Shown: positions 15,331 to 29,405, numbered from the stretch's first letter. The stretch: 64,000 nt of DNA from Dimorphilus gyrociliatus (GCA_904063045.1 CAJFCJ010000002.1:3653891-3717890); one strand, 5' to 3'. A program made the numbers and translations. Notes: generated by a model not told the origin, from the sequence alone.

Positions 15331-18300
15331 CATTCTCTATATATTCAAACATAATATATATAATTCATAAAATATCTAAGAACGTAAAAAAAAAAGAAAT
15401 AAAGGAAAAAGAGAGAAAGAATCTTTAACTGATGGATTATTATGCGGGCTCCAAAGTTAATAGAAGGGTGAAATGTTTCTTTTGTTGTTGAAGAATTTCA
15501 CAACGTCGTTCAACCAATAAAACAGTAATTGATAAATTTATAAAAAGTATTCAAAACTTTTATAATATTATTCTTCGTTTTTTTTATTAAAAAAAAATAT
15601 TTAGACAAGTTAAAGAAAAAAAAATTCAATATTTAGCTAAGGAAGAAATTTTTAACAAGTTAATTTAATTTTTCTCTTTTTTTCTTATGCGATTTATTCA
15701 GAATTTTTCTTACTAAAAGTCTTTTATTGTAGTATTTTATTTGACAAGTATATTCTACTATTTACTCGCTATTACCCCTTTAAATTCATCATTCAGACTG
15801 TATAAATTGCTTTGTCACCTTAAGCGTTATAAATGCTAAAAAATGAGTTGGAATCGTAGTTAAAGAAAAAGTTAACATTCATTCCAATATCAGATTTCTT
15901 CTATGGTTGACATGTTTTAAAAATTTTGGATCTTTTTTATCTATTCAATCTTATCTCAGTAGAGTTTATGCGGGTTTTTTTTTTCATTCTAATCGAGAGT
16001 ATTTCAATTATACATTCTATTATTAGAAGCATTCACGCGTCATAAACAAAAATCTGTCGTGCAAAGCTATTTTAGCCCTTCCTCCCTCTCTTTTAGTAAC
16101 AGATTGTCCCAATATGAAGGCGTTGACAAACATACAGCTAAAATTTGCATTTTGGCATCATGTGCGGGTATTTTCAACAAGTCATTACTCAATATAATAC
16201 AGAAAAGATATAAATAGTTGGTAAGCACGCGCCCAACAGCCTACAAAAAAAATCTATAGTATATAAGCACGCACTTTTGACGCGATGTTTTAACACCTGG
16301 AAAATAACAAGCAAGGAAACAAGAGATCATTCAACGTTTCCTCCTTAAATTATTCCAAAATAGGCTATAATAAACTCACCTTTTAAGTATATCACGCCTT
16401 CTGTTTTCTTTGTTTGTTCTGGATGGATTTTTTAATAATTTGATCATTTCGTCTTTTTTTTTGAAATATTTTATTAAAATGTCGCGAAGCGTAAAAACAT
16501 TTAGTCTACGAAAAGACGACGAGTCTCTATCTATTGAAATTTCACTCTTCTTTTTTTTTGGGAATAAGCATCAAAGCTTTTATTGATACAATGTAAAAGG
16601 TCGTATATAATAATTGGTATAAAAAGGGGTCAGTTTATCTATTTACCAAAGAGTTCGCTTAGTAAATTCAACACAATCTGTCAACTAAAATGTGAGAAGT
16701 CTTTCAATATTCCTATTTCGTAAAGATGCCAGAAGGGAGAAAAGACAATACTTGTATTCCTTTCTTCAATAAATAAATACTAGAGCATAAAGAAATAGTT
16801 AAAAGAAGCATAAAAGGATATACTTTAAAGAATTAAACTCATACCTTTAAGCTTTGAAATTCGATAGTTTTATGTAAAGATGCTTACTTTACTACCTATA
16901 CCTATAGTGAAATAATCCAATGAAACCATTAAGAAATCAGTAAACAAAACTAATTAGAATAAGAATAGTATCAAATTATTTCTCAATATAAAAAAAGCAT
17001 GCTGATAGAGGAGAGAGCGTAGAAAGACAGAGAGAGAGAGAGAGAGATTTAATAGAATTCGTTTAAATAAATAACTTTTTATGTAAATACTATTTCACCT
17101 GTTAAAGTTTATTGTTTCTCCGGTAAAGGTTTGTCTTAAATTATTGAATATCAATAATTGTCGTTAGTAAAGTTTTAATATAAAATCGATTTTGACATAG
17201 AATACCATCCATTCCAATTGAGTCATATAATACCTTTTCATTTTGTCTAACATCTATAAGATCCTGTATTAAATACGTAGCTACTATCGAAAGCTGGTAA
17301 TAGTTTACTTAAGGTATTACTATAAAACTAACACTGTTTAAGTATAGTGGGAGGAGGTAATTTCAATGTAACAATGACTACTCTACAAATATCCCTATCT
17401 TAATACGGCTTTTAGCCTGTAATCTAATATCGTAATACAATAGATGTAGAAGTTTAAACGAAGCTTTCATATTTTTTAACAAGTATAAAGAAAAATAAAA
17501 AAATGTTAGAATTGTGAATCTCTTTGAAACTTTGACTTTCAACCCTTTAAAAATCAGCCCGCACATCGTAAAAAGAAACCTTTTTTAGCGTAACATTTTC
17601 GCAAGGTCGTAAAAAATTTTTCCGCCATTAGATCTCACGTAATAGTTCTTTGTCTGGAATTGTTTACGGTTAACGCCTCCAAGCAAGGCGTCTCTTTTCA
17701 AGTTTGTTTGATCTCTGCTATTTGGAAGTAGGCGTTTCGTTTCCCGCCGTATAAGTGTAAAGGAAAGAAATAATGAAAAAGAAAGCACAAGAAAGTTGGC
17801 GGGAAGTCGTTAAAATCACCTGAACTTTAACGATACACGTTGATTGACGCTTAGATGCGAATAATCGATAAGATTTTCAGACTGAGATAAACAAGGTTTC
17901 GTGCCCAGGTTGGAAATTAGTCAATGTTACGTAATTAGTTCACAGTTCCATTCTGAAAAGGGTTGCGTCGCCGTCGGTCATTTTCTGACCATGTTTATCT
18001 TTCTTTCAAGACAACTTATAATGGGCTCGTTGTTACTATTAATAAAGAAAATTCTCTTTTCTATTATTAATATATGTCAGTTTAGTAATAGCCTAAGGAT
18101 ATCAAGTTAATTAGGTCATTCATAATCAAATTTAACTACTACTTATTCTATTATGTTCTCAATTCCGTATGTTAAACGAAAAGCAACTTTTCCCTTTAGT
18201 ATAATTGGAATGTTACTACGCGTTCTCCTTTAGCGATACTCTGAAATAATAAATATAACAATAAATAAAATGGTAAATTCTCGAATAAATGACAAACTAA

Positions 18301-19697
18301 GTATTGTAATACAATAAATACGATAAAATTATATTCGATCCTTCGAACGTGCCTTATGTAAATAATCAAAAGCGACGACAAACCGGGCCGGTATTTGCTA
18401 ACTATAACAAACTTAATAAAGCCTAATCGACCCTTTCCGCCTTGCATAACACGCGCTTTTTGTGATTTGTTTCAATAATTTCCTACAGTTTTCTTTTTCT
18501 TTGTTACAGCAACGACACTCCGAACGGTCACACCAGTCAAAGAAAAGCACCGAGGTGGGTGGTCATTACTTTCTCTTGACGCCTTTTTTCTCTAATTAAG
18601 CTCGATAACAATAGCAAGCAACAAATTTTCTCAGCGTTTCTCCATCGAGCATACGCTTCAAAAAAAGTCTCATGCAGTTCAATCATTCAAAAATTTTTTT
18701 TCTCCTATTCAAAAATGATTCTTTCCGCAAGATTGAATTTTACCTAATCCCTTGCCTAGTTTTTCAAGTATATTCACAATCGTTCTCTTCCACAAACTTA
18801 CTGAGACAAAGATTTGGCGTATTGAATATATTTTGAACTGTTGTTATCCGGTCAATCATTAAATTCTTCAACTGCGAAAGTTTTATGAAGCAATCAATGG
18901 GCCTACTTGAGATTATATGCTTCAAGGACTTTAAATGACTTTTCAGTCCCTAAAGAATTGTCAGGGGACATGTACGCATTTAAAATTGAAATTCAAGACA
19001 TTCAAAAATCCTGTAAATTTTCCTTTTTGTAGGCTTGAGTAGTTTCTTTTAGAACGTGTACTTCCGTTTCTTTTTCCAAAAACGAGAGGAGTGGAGGAAT
19101 ATAGAAAGAACTTTAACGGTTAAAGAGAGAAATTCTAAGCTCTCTTCCTTAAGTTTGTAGTTAAAAGAATTTTTCATCGAGTACCTAATAATTGAAAGGC
19201 TTACATAGGCTTTGTTTCATTGTTTCATTCAAAAAACTAAGAATGGAAACGTTACTAAGAGAGTTTTAAAGCTCCAATGCTAGAATTATAGATCAAGTGC
19301 AAATTGCCTTTCCTAAATCTGATTAATCCTTAAATTATTATTATTCAAATATTCAAGTATATCTATTCAACAGCTCGAAAACCATCTGCTACATAAACTG
19401 GCAAGACCTGATTTGGATACAGATAGTTCTTTTTCCGATAGCGGTCGAGGTGGTAGCGAAGAAGGTGAAGAAATTCGTCATCCTCATTCAACATTTCTAC
19501 CAAAGCCTCCTCCTCCTCCTCACCAAAAATATAACTGTATCGGTACAGTGCTATCTGATTTACCTAGGAATTTATCTAGAGAAGATTCTAGCGTTCGAGA
19601 CGACGCAACTTCAACAACTAGCGGAAGTTATACAGTTGACCCGGATGAGTTGCAGCAACACATCGAAAATGTCTTTTTCAAAGAGGTTGCCGTATAA
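3224..19697 (+). CDS. Protocadherin (delta-like/lophotrochozoan type): signal peptide, 7 cadherin repeats, TM, cytoplasmic tail with CM1-like motif; about 1008 aa with the micro-exon, 993 aa without
   Basis: Hand-spliced exons 3224-3523, 7724-8163, 8567-10484, (18510-18554), 19374-19697; all GT-AG and phase-compatible (0,2,0,0). EC1 has DREETCAMHVQC (the C-X5-C motif of protocadherin EC1). Six DxNDxxP linkers (DANDFAP, DANDHEP, DVNDHQP, DINDHDP, DINDNRP, DINDNPP) plus a seventh repeat. TM LTIVIIVASVSFVIAVLLIASIVYV. Tail has DSGRGGSEE and TTSGSYTVDP. Confidence 0.93.
5743..5770. repeat. (TA)14 microsatellite
   Basis: Read directly. Confidence 0.95.
11899..11922. repeat. (TC)12 microsatellite
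   Basis: Read directly. Confidence 0.95.
15300..15327. repeat. (TA)14 microsatellite
   Basis: Read directly. Confidence 0.95.
17029..17046. repeat. (AG)9 microsatellite
   Basis: Read directly. Confidence 0.9.
18510..18554 (+). CDS. Candidate 45-nt symmetric (phase 0-0) micro-exon of the protocadherin tail, QRHSERSHQSKKSTE
   Basis: Strong acceptor ttttctttttctttgttacag (AG at 18508-18509) and donor GAG|GTGGGT at 18555. 15 open codons in the phase needed between exons ending 10484 and starting 19374. Confidence 0.65.
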
Positions 19698-22600
19698 TTA
19701 AGAGACACGCTCTTCCTCTTTTTAGCGTTCTTTTGACGCGTTCAGACTGCGCTATTTTACAGACAGAAAAAAAGAAATTTCTATGTTCATTTAATAATTT
19801 TTTATTCAATTTTTTTATCAATTGTCCTTAAAGATACTGATATATAATTTTTGCATAAAATTATTATGTGTATATATACATATTTACTGTATATATACTG
19901 TATTATTTAATGTTTTAAAGTCGTTAATGGCTGTTCTCGTCTAGGAAAAGGTTTAAATTATCAAAACATGACGTTAACAGCACTTTTTTTTACAAATGTA
20001 AATTGATATGTTTTTAATAAAGAAATTGTTTTCTTTTTAATGAATTAAGTATAAAGAAAAAAATAAATAGAAACTCGTGTTTACTTTTATAACGGTTCTA
20101 TTCGCGTGTGTCGTCGAAGAAAGGAACGACGTCGTTGAAAAGAGGAACGCGTTCAAACTTGATTCTTACCGAAGCGTAAATACTCTTCAAAGCGTCCTTA
20201 TCCAGGATATAGCCTTCCCTTTTTTCTTCCTTACCATTCGATATTTCTTTTCATTAGTAAGCTATGTATTAATGATGAAAAGTTGCCATGGACAGTACTT
20301 TTCAAACACTTGCCAGGGACACGACTCATGGAATTAATTAAGGGATTAGTGATAAAAAAGGAGGTAGGGCGACTGGTAAAAGGAGGAATTATTTTATAAT
20401 TTTTTTTATTAAAAAAACTTTTGGGAATTAATATCTCATAAATCTCTAATTCACCTGGTATTTAATCCGCTTAGTAAAATTTTACGGTCATACCAAATCA
20501 TAAAGAAACTCTATTGCCATCTAAATTGATTATTCATGAATAAATTAAAAATAATAATTCCTGTTGAAAAAAAACAACTTTTTGTTATATTTGTTTAGAC
20601 ACGGGTTATAAATATTCCATTGTTACAAATTATGACGTAATCAATAATTTAGAAGCGCGCGCAAGAGCAAAAACAAAAAAAATATGTATACAGAAACAGA
20701 ACTTTCAATACTTTGATAAAGTCATTATAAAATTTAAATAGAAATGAAAAAATAAGAGAGAAAGGGTTAGAGGGGGTTACCGGATTAACGCCTTACTGAC
20801 TTCAAAGAAAAAAATAGTCCATAAATCACACTTGGCTTCATTTTTAGACTATGCAAACAAGCTTTTATACAAAAAAAAAGTTATTCTAACGGATTTAATT
20901 CTGTAATTTATGTTTCCCGTCTTTGAACACTTATTATTTTTGCACTTAGAGTGATGTAAGTAGTAAATTCTTTATTCATTTTCTCACTTATTTTCTCAGA
21001 AAACACTTTGGTTTTCATTTCGGTTTTATTTTTACTGTATTCTCTTAAATACAATTAATATTACCTGTTTTCTCACATAATAGACTCTTTTGTAAAATAA
21101 TCATGCTCTTTAATTTTACTTTTCTTTTACTCAGGCTTATATAAGTATCCTTATAAATGCAACATATAGAATATACAATATATTGTAGGTCGTTTGATAT
21201 ATGTAGATATTACTTTGCTTTTATGTCCTTATTACATACATAATATTATTTACCATTCATTACTTTTTACCTTAAAAAAATTATAAAAGAAATGTTTCCT
21301 TTTCATGTATTTTCTTATTGAAGGATTCTTTTCATCTATCCATCCTAAGCGATATTGGATCATTTTTCACTGCCGTTATCCGGTGACGTCATTTCGTTGA
21401 GGGTGTACACTATGAAATGCTAGAGGTTTTTCATCTTCATTTATTGACAGAGCAAACAATTAATCTCAATGAATTTATATAAGATATTCACCTAATCTTT
21501 AGTTAAGGTTTCTTCAAATTTCCGTCTGTATATATTTACAAAATAACAGGCCTATACGTTTTTGGTACTTATTGTAAAGTTTCCTACTATCAATGGAAAT
21601 TGAAATCGGAAATCTGGGAGATTGCTTAAGAGTTAACTTCTATCAGGAATATTCACTTTTTTTTCTATTTAGAACCTCAGACGAAGGGTATTAATCCTTT
21701 TAAAAGATTCTCTTTATTTTTAGATCTATGATTATAGTAAAAGAGATTCATTACTGTTTTTTAATTCACAATTTTCTTAAAGATAGCCAAAGTAGACAGA
21801 TCACACCAATCATCATATTTCAATCTCTATTTATACAAAAAGGTATAAAAATTTAAAGGCCTTCTTTTACTTTTTAATCCGTAGTTAAGATTTCTTTAGC
21901 CTTTTCTTACGATCCAAAAATACACAGAGGCAACATTCTGTAACGAAAGTATTTTTCAATTTCGTTTGTTTACACCTCAAACACACATCAAACGATATTC
22001 TTTTTTGTAAAAAATACGTCTCGAGACTTATTTCGCACCTATAATGTTTCTCTTTTACAGGATTCACTATCTATTCTCCAGTATTTAATCATTCTACTCT
22101 TCTTTTTTTTTCTTTACCCTCTCTCCTCTCTTCTCCCTCTCTTTCTTGTTTTCACTCCTCTCTATTAAGTTTCTTTTTACTGTTGCCATCATCAAATTGT
22201 CACATACAGTAAAGCACACTACCAATTAAAAACTAGTCATATTCTTTGTTATGTGTTTCCTATCTTGGGAAAACTTTCAGGGCTTAATGATAGAATAACT
22301 TAATTCTATTGATAAGTGTAAAAAAAAGGAAAAAAGCTTAATAGCTATGTGTGAGGCAAGAAGATTTCTCATTATCGCTATGTACCGAGTAAACAGGACA
22401 TATTTAAAGTTACGCACCGTAGAGAAAAACTACAGGAAATTATTTCCTTAACAAATAATACATTTTTTTGAGCTGCCATATTCATGGCATCTAATGGGGG
22501 ATTTGCGCTCTATTTACGTTCAAAATAACCCCGAAATGTTGGCGTAATTCGTAAAAATTGAATTAATTTATCTCCATTCTCTCTTTTCCTTTCTACTCTC

Positions 22601-24450
22601 ATTTAAATTCCCTCATAATAAAAGATATTAGTAAAACCGGATTCAATCATGTTGTCAACGCTCCTTATTGAACAGAAATTATGAATAATGTATAAAAGGA
22701 GCTCATTAATCACAAAACATTCCGTTCGATGCGTTCATTTACGCAACGCTGGCGGCCGTGAAAATCAATCAGCTCTCTTTCTTGAACATTTTTCTGCCCA
22801 GGGCAGAGTCGATATTTTTGGCACTTTTTTTTTTATTTGATTCATTTACCGCAAATGTTTTGCAGTATAAAAACCAGATTTTTTCATTCTTCGCCACTCA
22901 ACCTTTTCCTGGCCTTTTGCATTTTTTCTCTGCAAGAATGAAACCTGATAATGCGTTTAATGATACTAATTTATCCGCAGTAAACTAATCTAATACGACT
23001 TATTGTAGCCTACAAAAGCATTAGGATAAGATATTATTAAAATAACGTAAGTTTCTAATAAACTCAGTGCTCTTCAACAATGAATTTTAATAATTATGTA
23101 AATATTATTATTTATGAATATTTAAATATATTCATGAAGTAAAGTCCGACAGTGAAATTTACGGTTGGGAAGCAAATTCAATAATTGCTTTATTGTGCGT
23201 ATAGCAAAAGGATCTAAAAATGAAAGGAGAAGCATCGATATCTTTTTCTTTATAAATTTCTGCTCGTGGCAAAGTTTTTTGTTGGCAATTTTTTGTGCAT
23301 TACGTTAAGGATAAAACAGCACATTATTTTCAATGAAACTGTCCGGGAAAAACAATATTTACATACCTACTCATCTTTCAAAAAACACAAGCGAAAATCG
23401 ATTAATGATCCTTCCTCCCTCCGATTCTTGTATATATAAGTATTAATACATATACTATATACTCTATATTAAATATCCTTTTCGGATTAGATAGTTTCAT
23501 TTTATATGGAATGATGTATTTGTCTAATTAATAAAAAAACTATCCACTTAATGAATCTATTGTCCCTTTTTTCATACGGTATACCACATTCTAATCACTG
23601 GCGAGCGTTTTCTATGTAATTACGTTAACAATTTTAATCATTTCTTTCTTTTAGGCTCTCTTGTGAAGTATAAGAGTTTACCTTTAGGTAAAATATAGAG
23701 AGAATCATAATTTTAGAAGTTGAATAGGGGATATAATCTTATCCTTTCATTTTAGGAAATAATAGCTTTACTGTTATTTGAGGTTTTATCATGTTATTGT
23801 ATATTTCTACCACTATCTCATCTCCTTAATCTTTGACTGTATAGAATATATATCTTTCTTTCTTTTTTCCTCTCTTCCCTTAACTCCTCTTTTAATTATA
23901 GCCTTCTCTATCCCCTCCCAATTTCTTGCCTCAATTTCAAACTTACGATAATGTTCACGTGCAGCCGGAAGCGATTTATCAACGTATTATGTCAGCTACC
24001 AATTAATCAACTCCATCTGTTATTTTTAAAAGAGTTTTTTCTTTCGTTTAAAGCACTTTGTATAAAACTTTAATAGTCGATTGATAAAGAAAATAAAAGT
24101 GATATCTAAATATAAATAAACAGATAACAAATCTCTTAGGAAAGACTTTAGAAAGAATATAATAAGAACGTTACGCCAACAATATATTTTAAATAAAAAG
24201 GGAATGCAACAGTTAAAGAAGATTCCTCATCGTGACCAACTTTCGCATGACGAAGGACTTCAAACGAGCCGTCATCGGTAGTTTTAGGCGATTAGGCGAG
24301 GATTAACTAGTGCTAATTAGCTTTGTTTGATATGATGTTCCTAGGCAGGCGGAAAAATTGATTAGGTATACACATAGGACTATTGAACGTTTTATATACA
24401 TTTTCCATTGGCGTTACGCTTTTTTATTTATGTATTTGTTTATATATCAG

Positions 24451-24539
24451 GAAGGTTCGATAAGAGAGGCAATGATCAAGTCGATATCAGTGATCGTTTG
24501 TTGGTTATTATTGATGACTTTTTGTTTTGCTTGTAGCAG
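24451..24539 (+). other. Candidate orphan exon encoding a signal-peptide/anchor-like start (ATG 24472: MIKSISVIVCWLLLMTFCFACS-)
   Basis: Acceptor tatatatcag at 24450, donor AG|GTAAAT at 24540, and an upstream 85-nt GT-AG intron candidate at 24366-24450. No downstream coding partner was established. Confidence 0.35.
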
Positions 24540-27500
24540 GTAAATAGGGAATTTTGTTTGTTTTAAGCTGGGTGGTTTGTTTGCTCTTTTTTGTCTAGCT
24601 ATAATTTGCGAACGTCTTTGATGTATTTTCAAGTGAATATCTTAGAAATTGTTATATTATATTCGTCGATGAGTTCGTGACTCTTTCTAGGCTATTTTCC
24701 TCTTTTCTATAGATTTTGATTTATACAACTTATGAGCTTTTTTCACCTTTTTCTTTCCTTTCTTTCTTCCTGTTTTCTTCTATTTTCTTTGTAGTTTGTT
24801 TTCCACCATTTTTGTTTTTGTTTTAGGCTTATTGCTTATTTACCTCTTATTTTTTTACAGATCTTTATTATTTGAACAAATGCAGAGAGTTTTGATTTTA
24901 TCAATAGATCTTTACAGATAATAATTTATTATTAATAATAAACTAAGCTTTTTTATGTAAATTCAATATATTATTTTAATGCAAGAATGGGGACAAAAAG
25001 AGGAATAAAAGGGTGCATACCCTTAAGGTATCATAGATATAAATAGATATTTAGCACACTCCATTTAAATAATTAGCTGGATAATTAGCATTAAAATCGC
25101 CCCCCACCCCTTTCTCAGAAGCCGCATCATACCTCCCAAAGGATAATCTTCGAGTCAGTTTTACGACCCATACCAGATGCTCATTAACTGATGACTTTAT
25201 TGTCACTCTGTTCTTATTCACTGCTTTCTCCTTCTTCAAGCTTTATTGTAAGGGAAGAGGGAGGAGAAAAAAATAATTCATTTGCAAGATACAAAAGTCG
25301 ATACAAAAGAAGCTGGAACTCTGTGAACTTTACCAATGTAGCAAACATTAGGCAATGAAGTAGGGTCGGAAAGGTTTTAGAAAAAGAATATCCTCACCCA
25401 CTTCATCTATCAAAAGAAGGGTAGGAAGTAAGGTAAGGGTATGCAAAAAATAATTGAAAAATTGTTTAAAAAAGCCCCAAGCTCCACCATTTCCCTCTTT
25501 ATAAACTATTAATTTTTTTTTAAAAGAAAACGTCAAAAGGCGTCTGCTCTTTTTCGTACATTAATTGGTTTTTATTGAAGAGAAGGTGGTCAGAAGGGAG
25601 GGTTTCAATTGTAAAAAAGCACTAGTCATTAGATACAAAAGAACGCCTAGCTTTCTCAACATAGATACCTTTTTAATGATCGTAAATGAATAATAATTAG
25701 AAGGTGTACACCAAAAAGCTAATTTATATAATGAACATTATTCGCATACCTTTGAATTCCATTCTTAGAAACGGCATATCTAAGGACGCTGAGGAACGAC
25801 ATGAGAATAAAATGGGTATAAATTAATAAATGAAAACATTAGTATTACTGCTTGACATATTCCTATTCGTTTATTTTATAAAAGTAGAAAGAAGAAGAAA
25901 AACATCGCATAAAAAAACACAAGGCGTTTGAAAATACCGAATTTTCTTTTCTTCTGTCTTTGAAATTATTTGAATAGGTAAAGTCATTCAAAATAGATTA
26001 AAAAACCGTTTAAGTTCATATCAGATAGCAGTCGAAAGACTTTAAGTGTTGAAAATCAGAAAAAGGTCTATCTATTTTCCTATTTCGATTCAGATATCAA
26101 AATACTTGTATTGTTAAAAATCGTAAAAAGACTTTCGAAAAAAAGCAAATAGAGAGAAAAAAATAAACGTAGGCAATTTATCGTACAACTTCTAGCCAAG
26201 TAATGTGTTTTGTATCTATTATGCGATTTAACTACTTTTCCTTTTCTATATATAGTCTGTATATTCAGTTGTTGTATATGTTTTATACTCTCTGTTCTTT
26301 TCCATTAGCCTCTCTACTTTTCTTTAAATTTTCTCTTAAAAATATTTCCATACATTCTATTTACTTTATACTAAAACCACTTTTTAATAAAATTCTACTC
26401 TGGCCACAGGAATAGGTGCCAAAACCAATGGCAAACTTGCGGAACTAATTCGGATTGTTGTCTAAAATTGAAGTGCTCAGACCAATTCGTAAGAATGACA
26501 AAGGCTGATCAAGGACAAAGACGCTGCGTTCGACCAACCAGTCTCGCAGTCGTCCTAAAAAACGTCAAAGAGCGTCCAACATAAAAGGAAATGGGTAGAG
26601 AATAAAGAAAATTTGCTAATCGAAACGTCCACCATTGTTCGTCACAGCGTTCGCAGATGTCCCCTCTTTTCAAGCTCATTCAAGCAGATTGACTACGAAA
26701 TTACTACGAATTGTCCCTTAGTTGATTGGTTGGAAACTTTTAGAGCCAACAAATTTTTTAATGGATATTTAATTGATTCAGTTATGTATGTGTTTTCATT
26801 TAATTTTTACGTTGCTATTTTGATGGGGGAAATTGAATAAAAACGGATTATTGCGCTTGACGGTTGAATGAAATTGTTGAAGCTCGAAAATTTATTTTCA
26901 ACTTTCTCTATCCGTTGAATAAATAGAATTTTGTACGAATTTTCTATAAGTAGAATAGACTTCTTTAAGGAATAAGTAGTGGTACGATTGTTATTTTTGA
27001 ATTTCAGATGTTCAATTCGATTTTTAAAAGAGCTTAGCCCTTTCGTAAATGTTTCTACAATTAATTACGCAAGCACGTATAAGTCTTACAGTGTGTCTTT
27101 TCGTTAGATATATATACATATATGTTCTGTATATACCACCCTTTGTGATACTCTGCCCTTCTTACTTCTTTTTTTTTTCGACTCCTTTTAGTAATTGAAA
27201 CAATCGTGTCACGTGACTCATGCGAGTACATAAAAAAGAAAGACTCTGCTCGCGCCAAATTTAATTGTCAGATTCAACTATCTTCTCTATTGGTAATTAC
27301 CTCCATCAAGTTGAAAGAAAAGTGATCTTATCTAGTCTTCTACCTCCCTTCTGTTACGTAGAAGAGTATAAAAGAACTGGCTTAGGCCTAAAAGCGCTTT
27401 ACTTGGAATAGAAGAGTGAAAGTTTTATTTTGAATCGTTCTGTGCGTGACACGTGTTCCGGTTGATTTACTAAATTTAGAAGACAATAAAAAACGAAAAA

Positions 27501-29369
27501 CTTGACATGTCGAAAAGAGACGCCATTATAAATCTTAGAAGATTTTGATTTGTTTTTATGAAAGTAATTTGCAAGACGCTGAAAGACTGTTGCAGTCACA
27601 TGTAAATCTTCCCATCTGCAATATTTCTGGCTCGTTTACTTCATTTTCTAAGAAATCTTAATTCTAAAAGAGTTATGCAATATTCCTTACTATAAATAGA
27701 ATTGCACGAACGATGCATTTACATATAGGAAATATTATTTGTTAGGATTTCTGGCGTCGTTCTCTATTCTTAATTAATTTGACTTAATTAGAGATGGAAT
27801 TAATTTTTTTCAAGTCCTTTACCTTTATATCACCTTCAAAGGGAGGAAATAAAAGGGAGAAAAAGAGCATTTTAACATTAGAGAATAGATGCTTTCCTGT
27901 TTAGAACATTAAGGAAGACGGTTGGTTGACGCATTCCCTAATAAGAAATGCTGGTTGACAACCACCAATCAAGAAATTCCCGCCTGAAAATATAATAGAT
28001 AGCGGAAAACTTCTATTTATAGCATAATAAGAAGGTTATTTTGACGTGGGGCCATAAACTGGAAAAGTGAAGCTTTTCCTGAGGACAAACTTCTTTACTT
28101 CTCGATTAAACGAGGCTTAATCCAACAAAAGAGAATAGAAGAAAAAAAGCCAATAGACATAGCCCAAAGTCTAATAGATAGCAAACAAACTGCCGAAACG
28201 AGCTCGAGGCGGCTTTTGGAAAGGAAGATGAAAGAGCGAGAAACGTTCGCAGTCGATGAGCCGTAATGACAGTCTAGAGAATCGAAAACGAGTGGAACAT
28301 TCGCCTACATTTTCTTTTCGTCTTTTTTAGCCACGTATATAAGGAATTTATAGGGGAAGGCCTACTCGTTTAAGAGACTATGAAAATTAAGGGGCTGGAG
28401 TAAGGGGCGGTTCATTGAAGGAGAAGTTTTATCATTCTGTTCTTTTGTTGACGGTTAAAAGATGAAACGGGTCGCAGTTTACGTTGACCTCTTGAAGCAG
28501 TGACCTGTTGAATTATTTGACCCGATGGGGAAAACGATGTTTTGTGAACATCAACCCATCAAAATTTATATTCTATGTAAATATTGAAGAAACCGATCAG
28601 TTACTCAATATTCAGATAACATCCGTTCTTTAAATTCCCTCGGCTTAATTGATCAATTTCAATAAGAAGTAGAATAAATAAACATGGGCTTTATCTGTTT
28701 CGTGCTCTCTTGGTATGTTAATCTCTTATTTTCTCACTATATCTTCTTATCTTCATATTTGAGAAGATACTCCAAAACCCAACTCTTTTAACGATTCGTG
28801 AAAGATCCCCTTCCTGCTAGAGTTGCCAGAGTCGATAGTATCTTTACTCTAAATTATCTGTTTTACTATAAGCCTTACTCTACTTTTCTTTATCCGTTAT
28901 TTCCCTTCTCTTTATAGAAAAAAAGAAAAGCGGCCGAAAGGGAGTGGGGACGGAGAGAAAAGAGTTAAAAAAGAAGAGAAAACTTTTTTTATTCTTATAG
29001 TAAACTATAAAAATTGAATAAATAGATTCCCCCATTATCAATTAATTATTAATTAAGTACAATTATTATTTTATACTTTGATATAAGAATATTTATTTAT
29101 CGACTTATAGATTTTCCGTTTTCTTTTTCAATTAGAAGGAAAAGTTTTGAAATAATCAAATAAATTGCAAATTCAAAATATATTATAATACAATAGATTT
29201 ATAAAGATAAAAGAGGTTTTTCATTTTTTCATTCTACCACAATAAAACGTCTTGCGTATTAAGATCTTTTGAATTGAATATTTCTCTATCCGTTTATTTT
29301 TTTTTCTGACTGTCTTTTTTTCTCTCAATCCGCCCTCCCCTCCTTCCCTCCCCTTCTCTCTCACCACCC

Positions 29370-29371
<2 letters not shown>

Positions 29372-29403
<32 letters not shown>
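29372..29403. repeat. (CT)16 microsatellite within a polypyrimidine tract
   Basis: Read directly. Confidence 0.95.
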
Positions 29404-29405
<2 letters not shown>

